Shown here one piece after another: positions 10,068 to 18,597 of a stretch of DNA of 64,000 nt. The stretch comes from Polyangiales bacterium (GTDB taxonomy: Bacteria; Myxococcota_A; Polyangia; Polyangiales; JADJQN01): contig CAXNJO010000001.1 in the NCBI GenBank assembly GCA_964202905.1, positions 576,001-640,000 of the forward strand, in the 5' to 3' direction. Numbering within the stretch: position 1 is the first letter of the stretch; every line of letters starts with the position of its first letter. The notes beneath the pieces are model-generated. The model did no database searches, was not told the DNA's origin, and saw only the letters and a program-made list of their open reading frames with translations. The translations under genes were made by a program, and so were the position numbers.

Positions 10068-11183
10068 TCACTCCGCCGCGTGACCCCGCTCCATGCGCCC
10101 CTGTTTGCTGCGCGCACCGCGTGACTGAACGACCCCGCTCGTGCGCTCGTGAAAGCGCATCGCGGGCGTGATGCCCGGTGCCATCCACGAGGGCTCGACC
10201 TCGCTCGACGGGAACATCTGCACGAAGGCGGGCGCCTCGGGCACGCGGTCTACGATCGAGCGCTCGACGATCATCGAGGTGTATTGCTCGGCCGCGAATT
10301 CGGGCGTGTTGCAGTTGAGGATCACCTCCGCATCGCGCTGCCGCGCGGCGAGCTGCAAACCCGTGATCGTCGAGGCGCCCGGCGACCACGAATCCGCGCT
10401 CGTGCCGTTTTCACTGCAACCAAAGACGCCGCCCGCCGCCTTCGCGAAGAGCGTCTGATTCCCGCTCGTGTGTCCGGGCGTGCGCAGCAGCAGGCAGCCC
10501 TCGCCGAGCGCGAGATCCGCATCGGTGAGCACCACGCGCTCGCGCGGAAGGCCCAGCTTCCCCTCCTCGACGTACCACGCGCGCTGGAGCGGGTGCAGCT
10601 CGTCCCAATCCTCCCACTCGCAGCGCGGCGCGAGCAGCAGCGCATTCGGGAAGCGCTCGGGAAACCCCCGCAAATCCTGCACATGGAAGTGGTCGAACGC
10701 GATCAGGTCGATGTCGGCCGGGTCGACGCCGAGCGCGCGCAATTGCACGTCCACCGTCGGCTGCGCGTCCTGGATCCGCCGCGACACCCACGCTCCCGTG
10801 CGGTCGAGCAGCTCCTTGTAATACCCGACCGCGCGCCCCGCCTCGACGTCGGTGGGATTGAAGAGGATGTTGCGCAGCGCCCCGCCCGCCCGCACCTGCA
10901 CGAGTAGCGCCCGGTGGTGCATCACGGTCATCGGCGCGGCCGGCGCGATCGCCGCGCCGTGAAACGCGAACGCCGTCGGATAGAGCAGCCGCGAGAGCGG
11001 CAGCGTCCGCACGGAGACGACCTCCGGCCCGCCGCGCAGCGCATCCCCGAGCTGTTCGGCCGCCCCGCGCAGCGCCCGCAATTTTGGACCCGCGCGGCGC
11101 ACCGTACGCGCCGAATCCAGATCGTGAATGCGCCGCACCCACGGCAGCCGCGCGTCGACCGACTCACCGAATTGCAGGGTCAT
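10068..11183 (-). CDS. Metallo-beta-lactamase-fold protein with an atypical metal motif
   Basis: LGVDPADIDLIAFDHFHVQDL, FPNA, LLRTPGHTSGNQTL; GAGG RBS before ATG 11183. Confidence 0.8.
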   Translation of the reverse strand: MTLQFGESVDARLPWVRRIHDLDSARTVRRAGPKLRALRGAAEQLGDALRGGPEVVSVRTLPLSRLLYPTAFAFHGAAIAPAAPMTVMHHRALLVQVRAGGALRNILFNPTDVEAGRAVGYYKELLDRTGAWVSRRIQDAQPTVDVQLRALGVDPADIDLIAFDHFHVQDLRGFPERFPNALLLAPRCEWEDWDELHPLQRAWYVEEGKLGLPRERVVLTDADLALGEGCLLLRTPGHTSGNQTLFAKAAGGVFGCSENGTSADSWSPGASTITGLQLAARQRDAEVILNCNTPEFAAEQYTSMIVERSIVDRVPEAPAFVQMFPSSEVEPSWMAPGITPAMRFHERTSGVVQSRGARSKQGRMERGHAAE

Positions 11184-11278
11184 GCGGGCCTCGCGGGGAA
11201 GGAGAGCGTCATCCCGCGAGCCTGACCCACCCCGCCCCACCCACGCAACGCGGTCGGACGCCGCGTGCGGTCACCGCG

Positions 11279-12069
11279 TCAGTCGACCCCGTCGCAACGC
11301 ACGGGCTCACAGCGACCCGCACGGGAGCAGAAGCCGGATTCGCACTGCGACGTCATGCCGAGCAGGTGTCTCCATCCCAACGCCCCGGCGGGCAAATGCC
11401 ATCTTCGCAATAGTCACCCTCGCACTGGAGGAGTCCGGTGCCGCAGGTCGCTCCGATGGGCGCCCCTTCGCGACAACGTCCGTTGAAACACACGAGTCCG
11501 CGCGAGCAAATGTCATCGTTGATGCACGTCCCGCCGCGCGGAATGAACGCCCTGAAGGCGACCTTGCACATCACCCTCCGCGCAGTAGGTGATGCCGCTC
11601 TCCGTCGTTGCAATCGTAGTCGCTCCCGCACGTCATCTCCCGGAGAATCGCAGGCCGACGAGCACGTCGGCGCAGGCGCCCATCGAGAGCAGGCGCTCCG
11701 GGTCGGCGCCGCACGCGAGCGTCTGAAGCTGCGCGATGCACGCGGCGGCCTGCGCCGCTCGAGTACGCGATGGCCCCCGAGCGGAGGCCCAGCAGCGTGA
11801 CGGGTGAGCCAGTGCATCGATGTCCGCCGCAAACACATCTTCACACGTCGTCGACCTCACTCACCTCGATGCCAAAAGCACGATCGATGTCGGTGGCATT
11901 GCAGCAACGGACGCCCCAATCACAGACCGCGCTCGAAATACGCGGCTCGGAACGACTCGAGCTCTGCGACCGCATCGCGCCGCGCGTCTCGTCGCGGACG
12001 ACACAACCCGAAGTCATGAACAAGCACCACACGACACACACAGCACACGAAGACACGGATACGCGACAT
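11279..12069 (-). pseudogene. Multiply frameshifted Cys-rich secreted/lipoprotein gene (pseudogene or assembly errors)
   Basis: AAGGAG RBS before ATG 12069; coherent fragments in alternating frames: AVCDWGVRCCNATDID, TTCEDVF, AAACIAQLQTLAC, GGTCINDDICSRGLVCFNGRC, CESGFCSRAGRCEPVRCDGVD-stop. Confidence 0.65.
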
Positions 12070-12404
12070 GGACGGCTCCTTGCGAGGTGCGCGCCGTATC
12101 GCGCGCGCGCGCGCGACGGTTGCGCGTGCCGCGCAGATTCTCGTCGTCGCGGATGTGCGCGAATCGCGGGCGTGCTTGGCAGCGTCAACGCCGCAGCGAG
12201 GGCCTGCGCCGCGAAGGGCGCGCGGCGCGATGCACGGGCTCGGCCGGGAGGACGATCTCTGGCACGCCCGCCGCGTCCTGCGGTGACGCGCGGTGTCGCC
12301 GCGAGCCGCGCCGTCCGCGCTGCCGCCAAACCATCACTCGCCCGGGGCGATCTCCGAATGGACCGTGGAGTCCCGCTCAGGGTCGACTCCGGGACGTCGG
12401 CCCC

Positions 12405-13507
12405 TCATTCCGCCCGGGGAGCGAACGAGAGCGGAAACGCATAGTCGACCGAGCCCCCCACGGGCCCGGGGCGCAAGCGGAAGCCTCTCATCACCCTCGT
12501 CACACACGCCGCGACGCTGCGGTCGCCAGTCGTGTTCTCCGACACGCGAACCGCAGATACCGTGCCTTCAGGCTGGATGGTGAAGGCGACGGTCATCGTG
12601 CCCGCGAGTCGCGGATGACTTCGCAACCCGCGCTCGTAGCAAGCACGGAGGAGCGCCGAGGCGCTGACCGCAGGGTGTTGAGCGATCGGAGCTGGGCGTC
12701 GAGTTGCCCGCGTCCGCCGCGTATCGCGCCCCCGTCGATGCGCACAGTCCCGCGCACCGGCGCAGGAGGTGTTTGCGTGGTGACGTCTGCGGCTGGGCGA
12801 AAGATGAAGGGATACGAGAAGTCGACCGAACCGCCGATGGGGCCGGGATTCCAGCGGAATCCCGACACGGTCTCCACGACGCGCGCGGTGACGGCCGGGC
12901 TTCCGAGCGTATCCGCAGCGGCATGCGCGTTCGACACCCTGCCTGTGGGCTCGACCGTGAACGCGACGGTCACCGTGCCCGCGAGCTGCGGGTCGTCGCG
13001 CAGCGCGTGCTCGTAGTAGGCGCGGAGCGCGAATGCGCGCTGCCGAATCACCCGAACGACCCGCGCCGGGTCGAGCCGGCCTTCCCCCCGAACGGCGCCG
13101 CCCCGACCGAGCTCCAGCCGCCCGCGTGGCGGCGTCTCGTAGCCCCCTGCTGCGTTCGGCCGTGGCACGCCGGTGACCGGCCCGCGCGTTGGAGAGTTGC
13201 CGTCTGCCGCGCCGTTCCCGCCTGGGAGGACGTTGCGCAATCCCTGATGGACGCCCTCGCCCGGGGCTCCCTCCGACGGGCTTTGCGAAGTCGCTGCGGA
13301 CCCGCGCTCCGGCGGTGCCGTGACCGTCTGCTGCGGTCGCGCGCACGCCGCCTCACAGACACGCGCACACGCGGCGGCCTCGGCGCCGGACCGATGCAGA
13401 CACTCCGTCGTGCAGCGCGCGCAATCGTCGGCCGACACCGGCGCTGCGAGCGACCCCACGACGAGAATCGCGCCCAGAGCGCCCAGCACGGCGGTGATCG
13501 ATCGCAT
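12405..13507 (-). CDS. Secreted protein with two tandem AgmX/PglI-type (TonB-C-like) domains; frameshift near 12680
   Basis: GAGGAGG RBS and signal peptide; domain 1 RAYYEHALRDDPQLAGTVTVAFTVEPTG...FSYPFIF; domain 2, in another frame, RACYERGLRSHPRLAGTMTVAFTIQPEG...YAFPLSF. Confidence 0.8.
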
Positions 13508-13578
13508 GCGCCTCCTCCTCACGAGCGCGAGGATGCCAGAAGACACGGGCCCGCCGCGCCCTGCGCAGCGCCGGCTGA

Positions 13579-13824
13579 TCGCGTCTCACGCTCCAGGGCG
13601 AGCTCGCCACGATCGCCGGCTGTGACGTCGACCTCGTCGACCTGCGCAGCGCCACCACCGTGATGCGCGCGCAGGTCTATCGCAGCGACCTCCTGCTCCA
13701 CGAAGGCGACCGCCACGCCCGCCAGTGGTTCGAGATGCTCGCGCTCTCCGACTACGCCCGCCTCAACGAAGAGCGCCGCGCCATCCTCGCCGACGTCCAC
13801 GCCCGCGGAAAGGTGTTCGGCTGA
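13579..13824 (+). pseudogene. mntA: MntA-type (MNT nucleotidyltransferase) antitoxin, C-terminal fragment only
   Basis: Manual translation LQGELATIAGCDVDLVDLRSATTVMRAQV...EMLALSDYARLNEERRAILADVHARGKVFG-stop; in-frame stop at 13576; the N-terminal GSx10DxD half is absent; TGATG overlap with hepT. Confidence 0.8.
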
Positions 13825-14241
13825 TGGACGACGTGATCCTCCAGAAGAGCCGCCATCATCGAGCGCTGCCTGCGCCGCGTCCGCGAGGAGCACGCGGGCG
13901 ACGACGCGCGCCTCGACGACGTGACGCGCCTCGACGCCATCGTGCTGAACCTCCAACGCGCCTGCGAGGCCGCCATCGACCTCGCGATGCACCGCGTGCG
14001 CGTCCATCGCCTCGGCGTCCCCCAGGAGAGCCGCGAAGCCTTCGCCGCCCTCGCCCGCGCCGGCCTCCTCGACCCCGACCTCGCGACCGCGATGCAGCGC
14101 ATGGTGGGATTCCGCAACATCGCCGTGCACGACGACCAGGCCCTCAGCCTCGACATCGTGAAAGCCATCCTCGCCGGCCACCTCGGCGAACTTGAGCGCT
14201 TCGCGTCGGAGTCGGTCGCAGCTTCGGCAAGAAGCGAGTGA
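13824..14241 (+). pseudogene. hepT: HepT (DUF86/HEPN) RNase toxin, frameshifted near 13848
   Basis: MDDVILQK | AAIIERCLRRVREE...DAIVLNLQRACEAAIDLAMH...VPQESREAF...MVGFRNIAVHDDQ; Rx4H motif present; one extra base in cagaagagcc. Confidence 0.88.
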
Positions 14242-14282
14242 TCAAGGCGTTCTCGTTGGAGAGCTCTTGAGCGGAAACGCAA

Positions 14283-14316
14283 CATGGCGATGACTTCAGA
14301 AGAGGTCACCGCCATG
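14283..14316 (-). terminator. 15-bp imperfect hairpin between convergent genes; probable intrinsic terminator
   Basis: catggcgatgacttc-agaa-gaggtcaccgccatg; followed on the minus strand by ttgcgtttcc. Confidence 0.5.
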
Positions 14317-14486
14317 CCCGCGGCTCAGCGATTCGGGCCGTCAGCGAATGGTGATGGTCAGCACGACTTCAGCCACCGCGACCACTGCTCTTCATCACAT
14401 GCCGCCACGAAGCGCTCATCAATGAAGGCAGAAGCGATTCACCCATCAAGACGGCATCATTACAAGCGTTTGTCTGGACAGCGAAC

Positions 14487-15185
14487 TCAGCAGCCGCCAA
14501 CGCACTCCATGGACTTGGCTCCGCATTCCGAAATGCACGAGCGCATGCCATTGCAGCGCAGAACGCAAGCGCTCTGCGCCGTTGCGCAACGCATCATGCA
14601 GCCGTTGTTGCCGCCTCCGGTTCCCGACGACCCTGTTGCAGACGTGCTTGACGAACCTATTGCACTAGGGCCTTCATTCGCAGGACCCCGCGCATATGTC
14701 CCAGTCCAACTGCTACAAAAACCCATGTTGTACTCTTCTGGGGCCGGGCGACCACCGCTCACATTTGCCTCCCTCGCCGCGGCGTCGGGGACAACCTCGA
14801 CCATGAGCGAACCATTCGCGAGGGTCACGGTTCCCTTACAATAATTCGTTACATCGGTGCCGGTACCCGAACCATGAAAGTCGCAAGACTCAGTGCTGGA
14901 GCAGGTGACGGTCAGATCCGTCATACGCTTCGTTGGTATACGCTGAGGAGGAAGGTTGCCGAACTGAACAAACCCCTCCAAGACCAGCGATCTCGGCTGC
15001 ACTGCCAACAGGGACCATTGACCAAGCATCGCCAGAGAAAATCGATCCTGTGGTTCAGGTGGTGTGGCTGCTGCCACCGGCGCCGCCGGCTCCGATTTTC
15101 CGCACCCGGTTGCCAGCGCGACGTAGCCTGCGAACCACGCAAGACTCAGGATAGATCCATACCCAAACATTCGCGGTCGATTCAT
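14487..15185 (-). CDS. Lipoprotein with a C-terminal 8-Cys module
   Basis: AGGAG RBS; lipobox LATGC; Ser/Gly linker; terminal C-x3-C-x6-C-x3-C-x5-C-x3-C-x6-C-x3-C. Confidence 0.75.
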   Translation of the reverse strand: MNRPRMFGYGSILSLAWFAGYVALATGCGKSEPAAPVAAATPPEPQDRFSLAMLGQWSLLAVQPRSLVLEGFVQFGNLPPQRIPTKRMTDLTVTCSSTESCDFHGSGTGTDVTNYCKGTVTLANGSLMVEVVPDAAAREANVSGGRPAPEEYNMGFCSSWTGTYARGPANEGPSAIGSSSTSATGSSGTGGGNNGCMMRCATAQSACVLRCNGMRSCISECGAKSMECVGGC

Positions 15186-15326
15186 CACGGGATCTCCTAG
15201 TTTGTATTTCTTCAGTGCTGGAGCGCGCGCGATTGGCGTTTCGCGCGTGATGCGGTGCGATGCTCTGTCCATGAAGCACGCTGCTCATGAATACGATGCG
15301 CGGAGTCATTACCGCGAAGGCAACCT

Positions 15327-16241
15327 TCACGAGCCCTCGATGAACTCACGACAAAGCGCCACGACCTGCCGTTGGTCGATCTTCGAAAGAACGCCCCACC
15401 GTGAGAATATCTGGCGTCGCACGCTGACGACGCGGCGTCGGGTCGGGCGGTGAGTGACTCCCATGCAAAAGACATCGCCAACGTGGCGTTCGAATTCGAG
15501 GTGGCACTCGGAGTGCAGTTGTCCCCGAAGGATGTCGAAGCCCGCTCGGGATGCGACGACGACGCCCTTGCTCGGCATGCGAAGTGCGGCGCGCAGGCTT
15601 TCTCCCGCAAACCGCTGCAAAGGCCATGAAGACGAAGAAGCTGCCGTGAGGCCGTCCGATGCCGAATGAAACGGCCAGAGCTCCCACCCGATCGCATCGA
15701 GGCTCGCGTGCCACTGTCCCGCTACACCGGGATGTTCAACGCCTGCCACTTCATGAAGAAAGCGGTTTGCTCTCGTCCACCATGCTCCGTTGCCAACACT
15801 TGTGGGCGCGATGACGCGCTCATGCCACTCGGGAAAGAAATGGCTGCGAAAGCGCTCGTACTGGTCGAGGTCGACGGGAGCGCTCGCAGTGGTTCTCGCC
15901 GAATATCCTTTCTGCTTACGCTCTCGGGCGCTGGTCTGCTCATTCCAGCCGGGATTCGTGCTGACGAGGATGTAGGTCTGTCTCTCACTTGAAGCGGGCT
16001 GGAGCGCGCTCTCCACGGCGAGGTAGCCCACATCCGCAACCAGCCTCTGCTCTTTGGCGAGATGAAGTGTCTTGTTCGCTTCGTCGGCGAGTGCACGCGC
16101 GTTGGACGCCCATGCGTGGGCGAACTGGCGATGCCAAGTCGACAAGCTCGACCGATCCTTCACGGTCGACAACGCGTCCGCGTGCCGGTTGAGGAACGAA
16201 GCGAAGGGGTTGTCGGTGTTTGTTCGGGTACGTGGGGGCAA
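15327..16241 (-). CDS. Hypothetical 304-aa protein with UDG-superfamily-like motifs (candidate Brig1-like DNA glycosylase)
   Basis: GAGGA before the TTG start; YILVSTNPGW resembles the hhhhG.NPG motif of MUG/SMUG1; later WELWPFHS. ORF is solid; the function is inference. Confidence 0.65.
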   Translation of the reverse strand: MPPRTRTNTDNPFASFLNRHADALSTVKDRSSLSTWHRQFAHAWASNARALADEANKTLHLAKEQRLVADVGYLAVESALQPASSERQTYILVSTNPGWNEQTSARERKQKGYSARTTASAPVDLDQYERFRSHFFPEWHERVIAPTSVGNGAWWTRANRFLHEVAGVEHPGVAGQWHASLDAIGWELWPFHSASDGLTAASSSSWPLQRFAGESLRAALRMPSKGVVVASRAGFDILRGQLHSECHLEFERHVGDVFCMGVTHRPTRRRVVSVRRQIFSRWGVLSKIDQRQVVALCREFIEGS

Positions 16242-16290
16242 GCGAAATCCTCGCGCGGCGATCCCATCCGACGCCGCGGGGGCCGACGAT

Positions 16291-16310
16291 ATACAACCAG
16301 TAGTCTGTAT
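16291..16310. promoter_or_regulatory. Candidate XRE operator in a divergent promoter
   Basis: ATACA-accagtagtc-TGTAT inverted repeat in the only AT-rich patch of the 101-bp divergent gap. Confidence 0.4.
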
Positions 16311-16342
16311 TCAAGCGCGATGGCATCCCGTCCGCTTCGGGC

Positions 16343-16762
16343 GTGCCTCGGCGTGTCGAACCCACGGAGTACGCAGCGGAGGCCGAGCTGCGGTTCGCGC
16401 GGAGCAGTGGCTGGGTGGCGAGCAACACGCGGCAGCGGCGGGCGGCGAGCGGGCTCACGCAGCTCGAATTGGCCGAGCGTGCGGGGGTGTCGCTGCAATA
16501 CGTGACGCAGATGGAGTCGCCGACGGCGCGGCCGAATCTCACGCTGCGGGCGTTGTCGTCGGTGGCGGCGGCGCTCGATTGCGAGCCGTATCACCTGCTC
16601 TCGCCGGCCGACTCACCCACGCAGCGCCCCGTCGGGCGGCCGCCAGCGAGCGCGCCCATCGCCATGGTCGCTGAGCGCGCGGAGCAGGGTTATGGCAGGC
16701 AGCCGGGCTCGGGTATGCATGCGCCGACGCGGGCGAAGCGCCCATCGGGCAAGCGGCGCTGA
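16343..16762 (+). CDS. XRE-family helix-turn-helix regulator
   Basis: RRAASGLTQLELAERAGVSLQYVTQME...NLTLRALSSVAAALDCEPYHLL. Confidence 0.88.
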   Translation: MPRRVEPTEYAAEAELRFARSSGWVASNTRQRRAASGLTQLELAERAGVSLQYVTQMESPTARPNLTLRALSSVAAALDCEPYHLLSPADSPTQRPVGRPPASAPIAMVAERAEQGYGRQPGSGMHAPTRAKRPSGKRR

Positions 16763-16849
16763 GCGTTCCGCCGGAGGTTCGCAGTGGGTGAAGACGATGT
16801 CCTCGTCACTCGCGAGAATCCCACTCTGCGCGACGGCGACACGTTTCGC

Positions 16850-18067
16850 TTAGGGCGCCAACACGGTCTTGATCGCGCCGCTTTGGCCGCGGTGGAGGTT
16901 CATGCGGAGGGCGTCGCGGTATTGGTCGAGGGTGAGGCGGTGGGTGACGAGGCGCTCGAGGGGGAGGCGGGTGCCGGTGAGGAGTTCGCGGGTGATGGCG
17001 AAGGTGCGCGCGCGGGATTCGCGCCAGGTCTCGAATCCGTAGCTGTAGGTGCCGACGAGCGAGACCTCTTTGGTCCAGAGGTGGGAGAGTTCGACGTCGC
17101 GCAGGACGCCTGCGGCGCCGACCATCACGATCGTGCCGCCGGCGCGGACGAGGGAGAAGGCGTCGGCGACGCTGTCGCGCGAACCCACGCAATCGAAGAC
17201 GCGGTCGAAGCCGCCGGCGAGGAAGCCGGGTCCGAGCTCGGGTTGGAGGACGGTGGCGCGGGTGTGGCGCGCGGCGCGGGGGAGGAGCGGCTCGTCGGCG
17301 AGGACCCAGGCGCGCTCGGCGCCGAGGGTGGTGGCGACCTCGGCCTGGCCGCGCTCGATGGTGACGAGGGTGACGTCGGTGTCGGGCGCGAGCTCTTCGA
17401 GGGCGAAGACGAGCGTGAAGGCGATGGGGCCGCCGCCGATCACGAGCACGCGCTCGCCGCGTCGGGGGGCGTTGCGCAACACGGCGTGGACGGCCACGGA
17501 GACGGGCTCGGCGAGCACGCCGCGTGCGTCGCTGACGGAGTCCGACAGCGTGAAACACTGGGATTCGTGGGCGACGAGTTCGTCGCAGAAGCCACCCGGC
17601 AATTCGGCGCAGGCGCCGAGCATCACGCCCTTGCGCGGGCCGGTGCCGGCGCGCTCGCAGGTGGCGTATTCGTCGACGGCGCAGCGCGCGCAGTCGGGCA
17701 CGCCGCGGAGCGCGCAGCGCAGCCACGGATCGACGACGACGCGATCGCCCTCGCGCACGCCGCGCACACCGCGACCGACGCCGATCACGCGCGCGAGCAG
17801 CTCGTGGCCCATCACGAAGCGCTTGGGGCCATAGGCGCTCAGCGCGGCGGACATCTTGAAATAGACGACGGCGAGATCGCTGCCGCAGAGGCCGGTGAGG
17901 ATCGGGCGCAGGCGCACCCAGTCGTCGCCGGGGAGCGCGGGGGCGGGCTCGTCGTCGCGGAGCGAGAGACACGAGGGCGCGCCGTCGAAAAGGGCCGGAA
18001 AACGCTTGCCCGCGGCCTTCGCGGCGAGGTAGCGCGGAATCGAGAGATCGAAGACGAGGGCGCGCAT
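16850..18067 (-). CDS. Zinc-dependent alcohol dehydrogenase (MDR family)
   Basis: GLCGSD, MGHE, structural Zn C..RG...C..C.......C, LAEP, IGGGPIA, DCVG. Confidence 0.93.
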   Translation of the reverse strand: MRALVFDLSIPRYLAAKAAGKRFPALFDGAPSCLSLRDDEPAPALPGDDWVRLRPILTGLCGSDLAVVYFKMSAALSAYGPKRFVMGHELLARVIGVGRGVRGVREGDRVVVDPWLRCALRGVPDCARCAVDEYATCERAGTGPRKGVMLGACAELPGGFCDELVAHESQCFTLSDSVSDARGVLAEPVSVAVHAVLRNAPRRGERVLVIGGGPIAFTLVFALEELAPDTDVTLVTIERGQAEVATTLGAERAWVLADEPLLPRAARHTRATVLQPELGPGFLAGGFDRVFDCVGSRDSVADAFSLVRAGGTIVMVGAAGVLRDVELSHLWTKEVSLVGTYSYGFETWRESRARTFAITRELLTGTRLPLERLVTHRLTLDQYRDALRMNLHRGQSGAIKTVLAP

Positions 18068-18079
18068 CGAGAATGGGAT

Positions 18080-18520
18080 TCAGCGAGAGAGCGCGCGGCG
18101 AGAGAGGGATTCGTAGCCGTGGTCGGGGGGCGCCGTCGTCGAGGCGGGCAGGCCCTTCGGGCCCCAGCCGAGCTCGGAGATGCGGCCGAACGGATCCGTT
18201 TGACCCGCCCAGCCGGCGCGCTGATCCACGAGATTCGAATATCCACGCTGCGCGAGGAGCTCGGCCGCGCGGAGGCTGCGCCCGCCCGCCTTGCAGCCGA
18301 GGACGAGCTTGGTGTCTTTGGGAAACGCGTGCTCGACGACGGTGGCGAAATCGGTATTGGGCTGCATGCCGGCGGGCGTCATGTGCAGCAGCGGGATGTT
18401 GAACGCGCCCTCGGGGTGGCCGTCTTCGAACTCGGGAATCGAGCGCACATCGAGGTACGAATACCCCTCTTCGCGGAGCAGGCGGAGGGCCTCTTCGGGG
18501 TCGACACGGCGGATGGTCAT
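18080..18520 (-). CDS. Rhodanese-like domain protein
   Basis: YLDVRSIPEFEDGHPEGAFNIP and active-site LGCKAGGRS. Confidence 0.93.
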   Translation of the reverse strand: MTIRRVDPEEALRLLREEGYSYLDVRSIPEFEDGHPEGAFNIPLLHMTPAGMQPNTDFATVVEHAFPKDTKLVLGCKAGGRSLRAAELLAQRGYSNLVDQRAGWAGQTDPFGRISELGWGPKGLPASTTAPPDHGYESLSRRALSR

Positions 18521-18597
18521 GCGCCGTGATCTATCACGCGCATCGGGCGGGGTTCACCTCGCGTGCGTTCACGGCACGCGTGGGATGCGCGAGGCGC

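Larger units (their letters stand above)
11230..16800. other. Lower-GC accessory islet (probably horizontally acquired; no mobility gene seen)
   Basis: Visibly more A/T-rich, e.g. 14821-14880 is 30/60 G+C versus 51/60 at 1021-1080; contains orphans, a TA remnant and an XRE regulator. Boundaries approximate. Confidence 0.65.

Noticed and set aside
12099..12116. Alternating (CG)n run (Z-DNA-like)
   Set aside because: Expected by chance in this CG-rich genome; no supporting context.
12259..12276. Sigma-54-like TGGCACGCCCGCCGC in the 12070-12405 gap
   Set aside because: Poor -12 element, and it points away from any supported plus-strand gene.
14241..15330. Possible integron attC sites among the islet hairpins (14283-14316, near 15270-15290)
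   Set aside because: No matching RYYYAAC/GTTRRRY ends recognised, no repeated element between genes, and no intI.
16780..16830. Possible branched RNA structure between the XRE and ADH stops
   Set aside because: Stems are short and match no ncRNA family I recognise.
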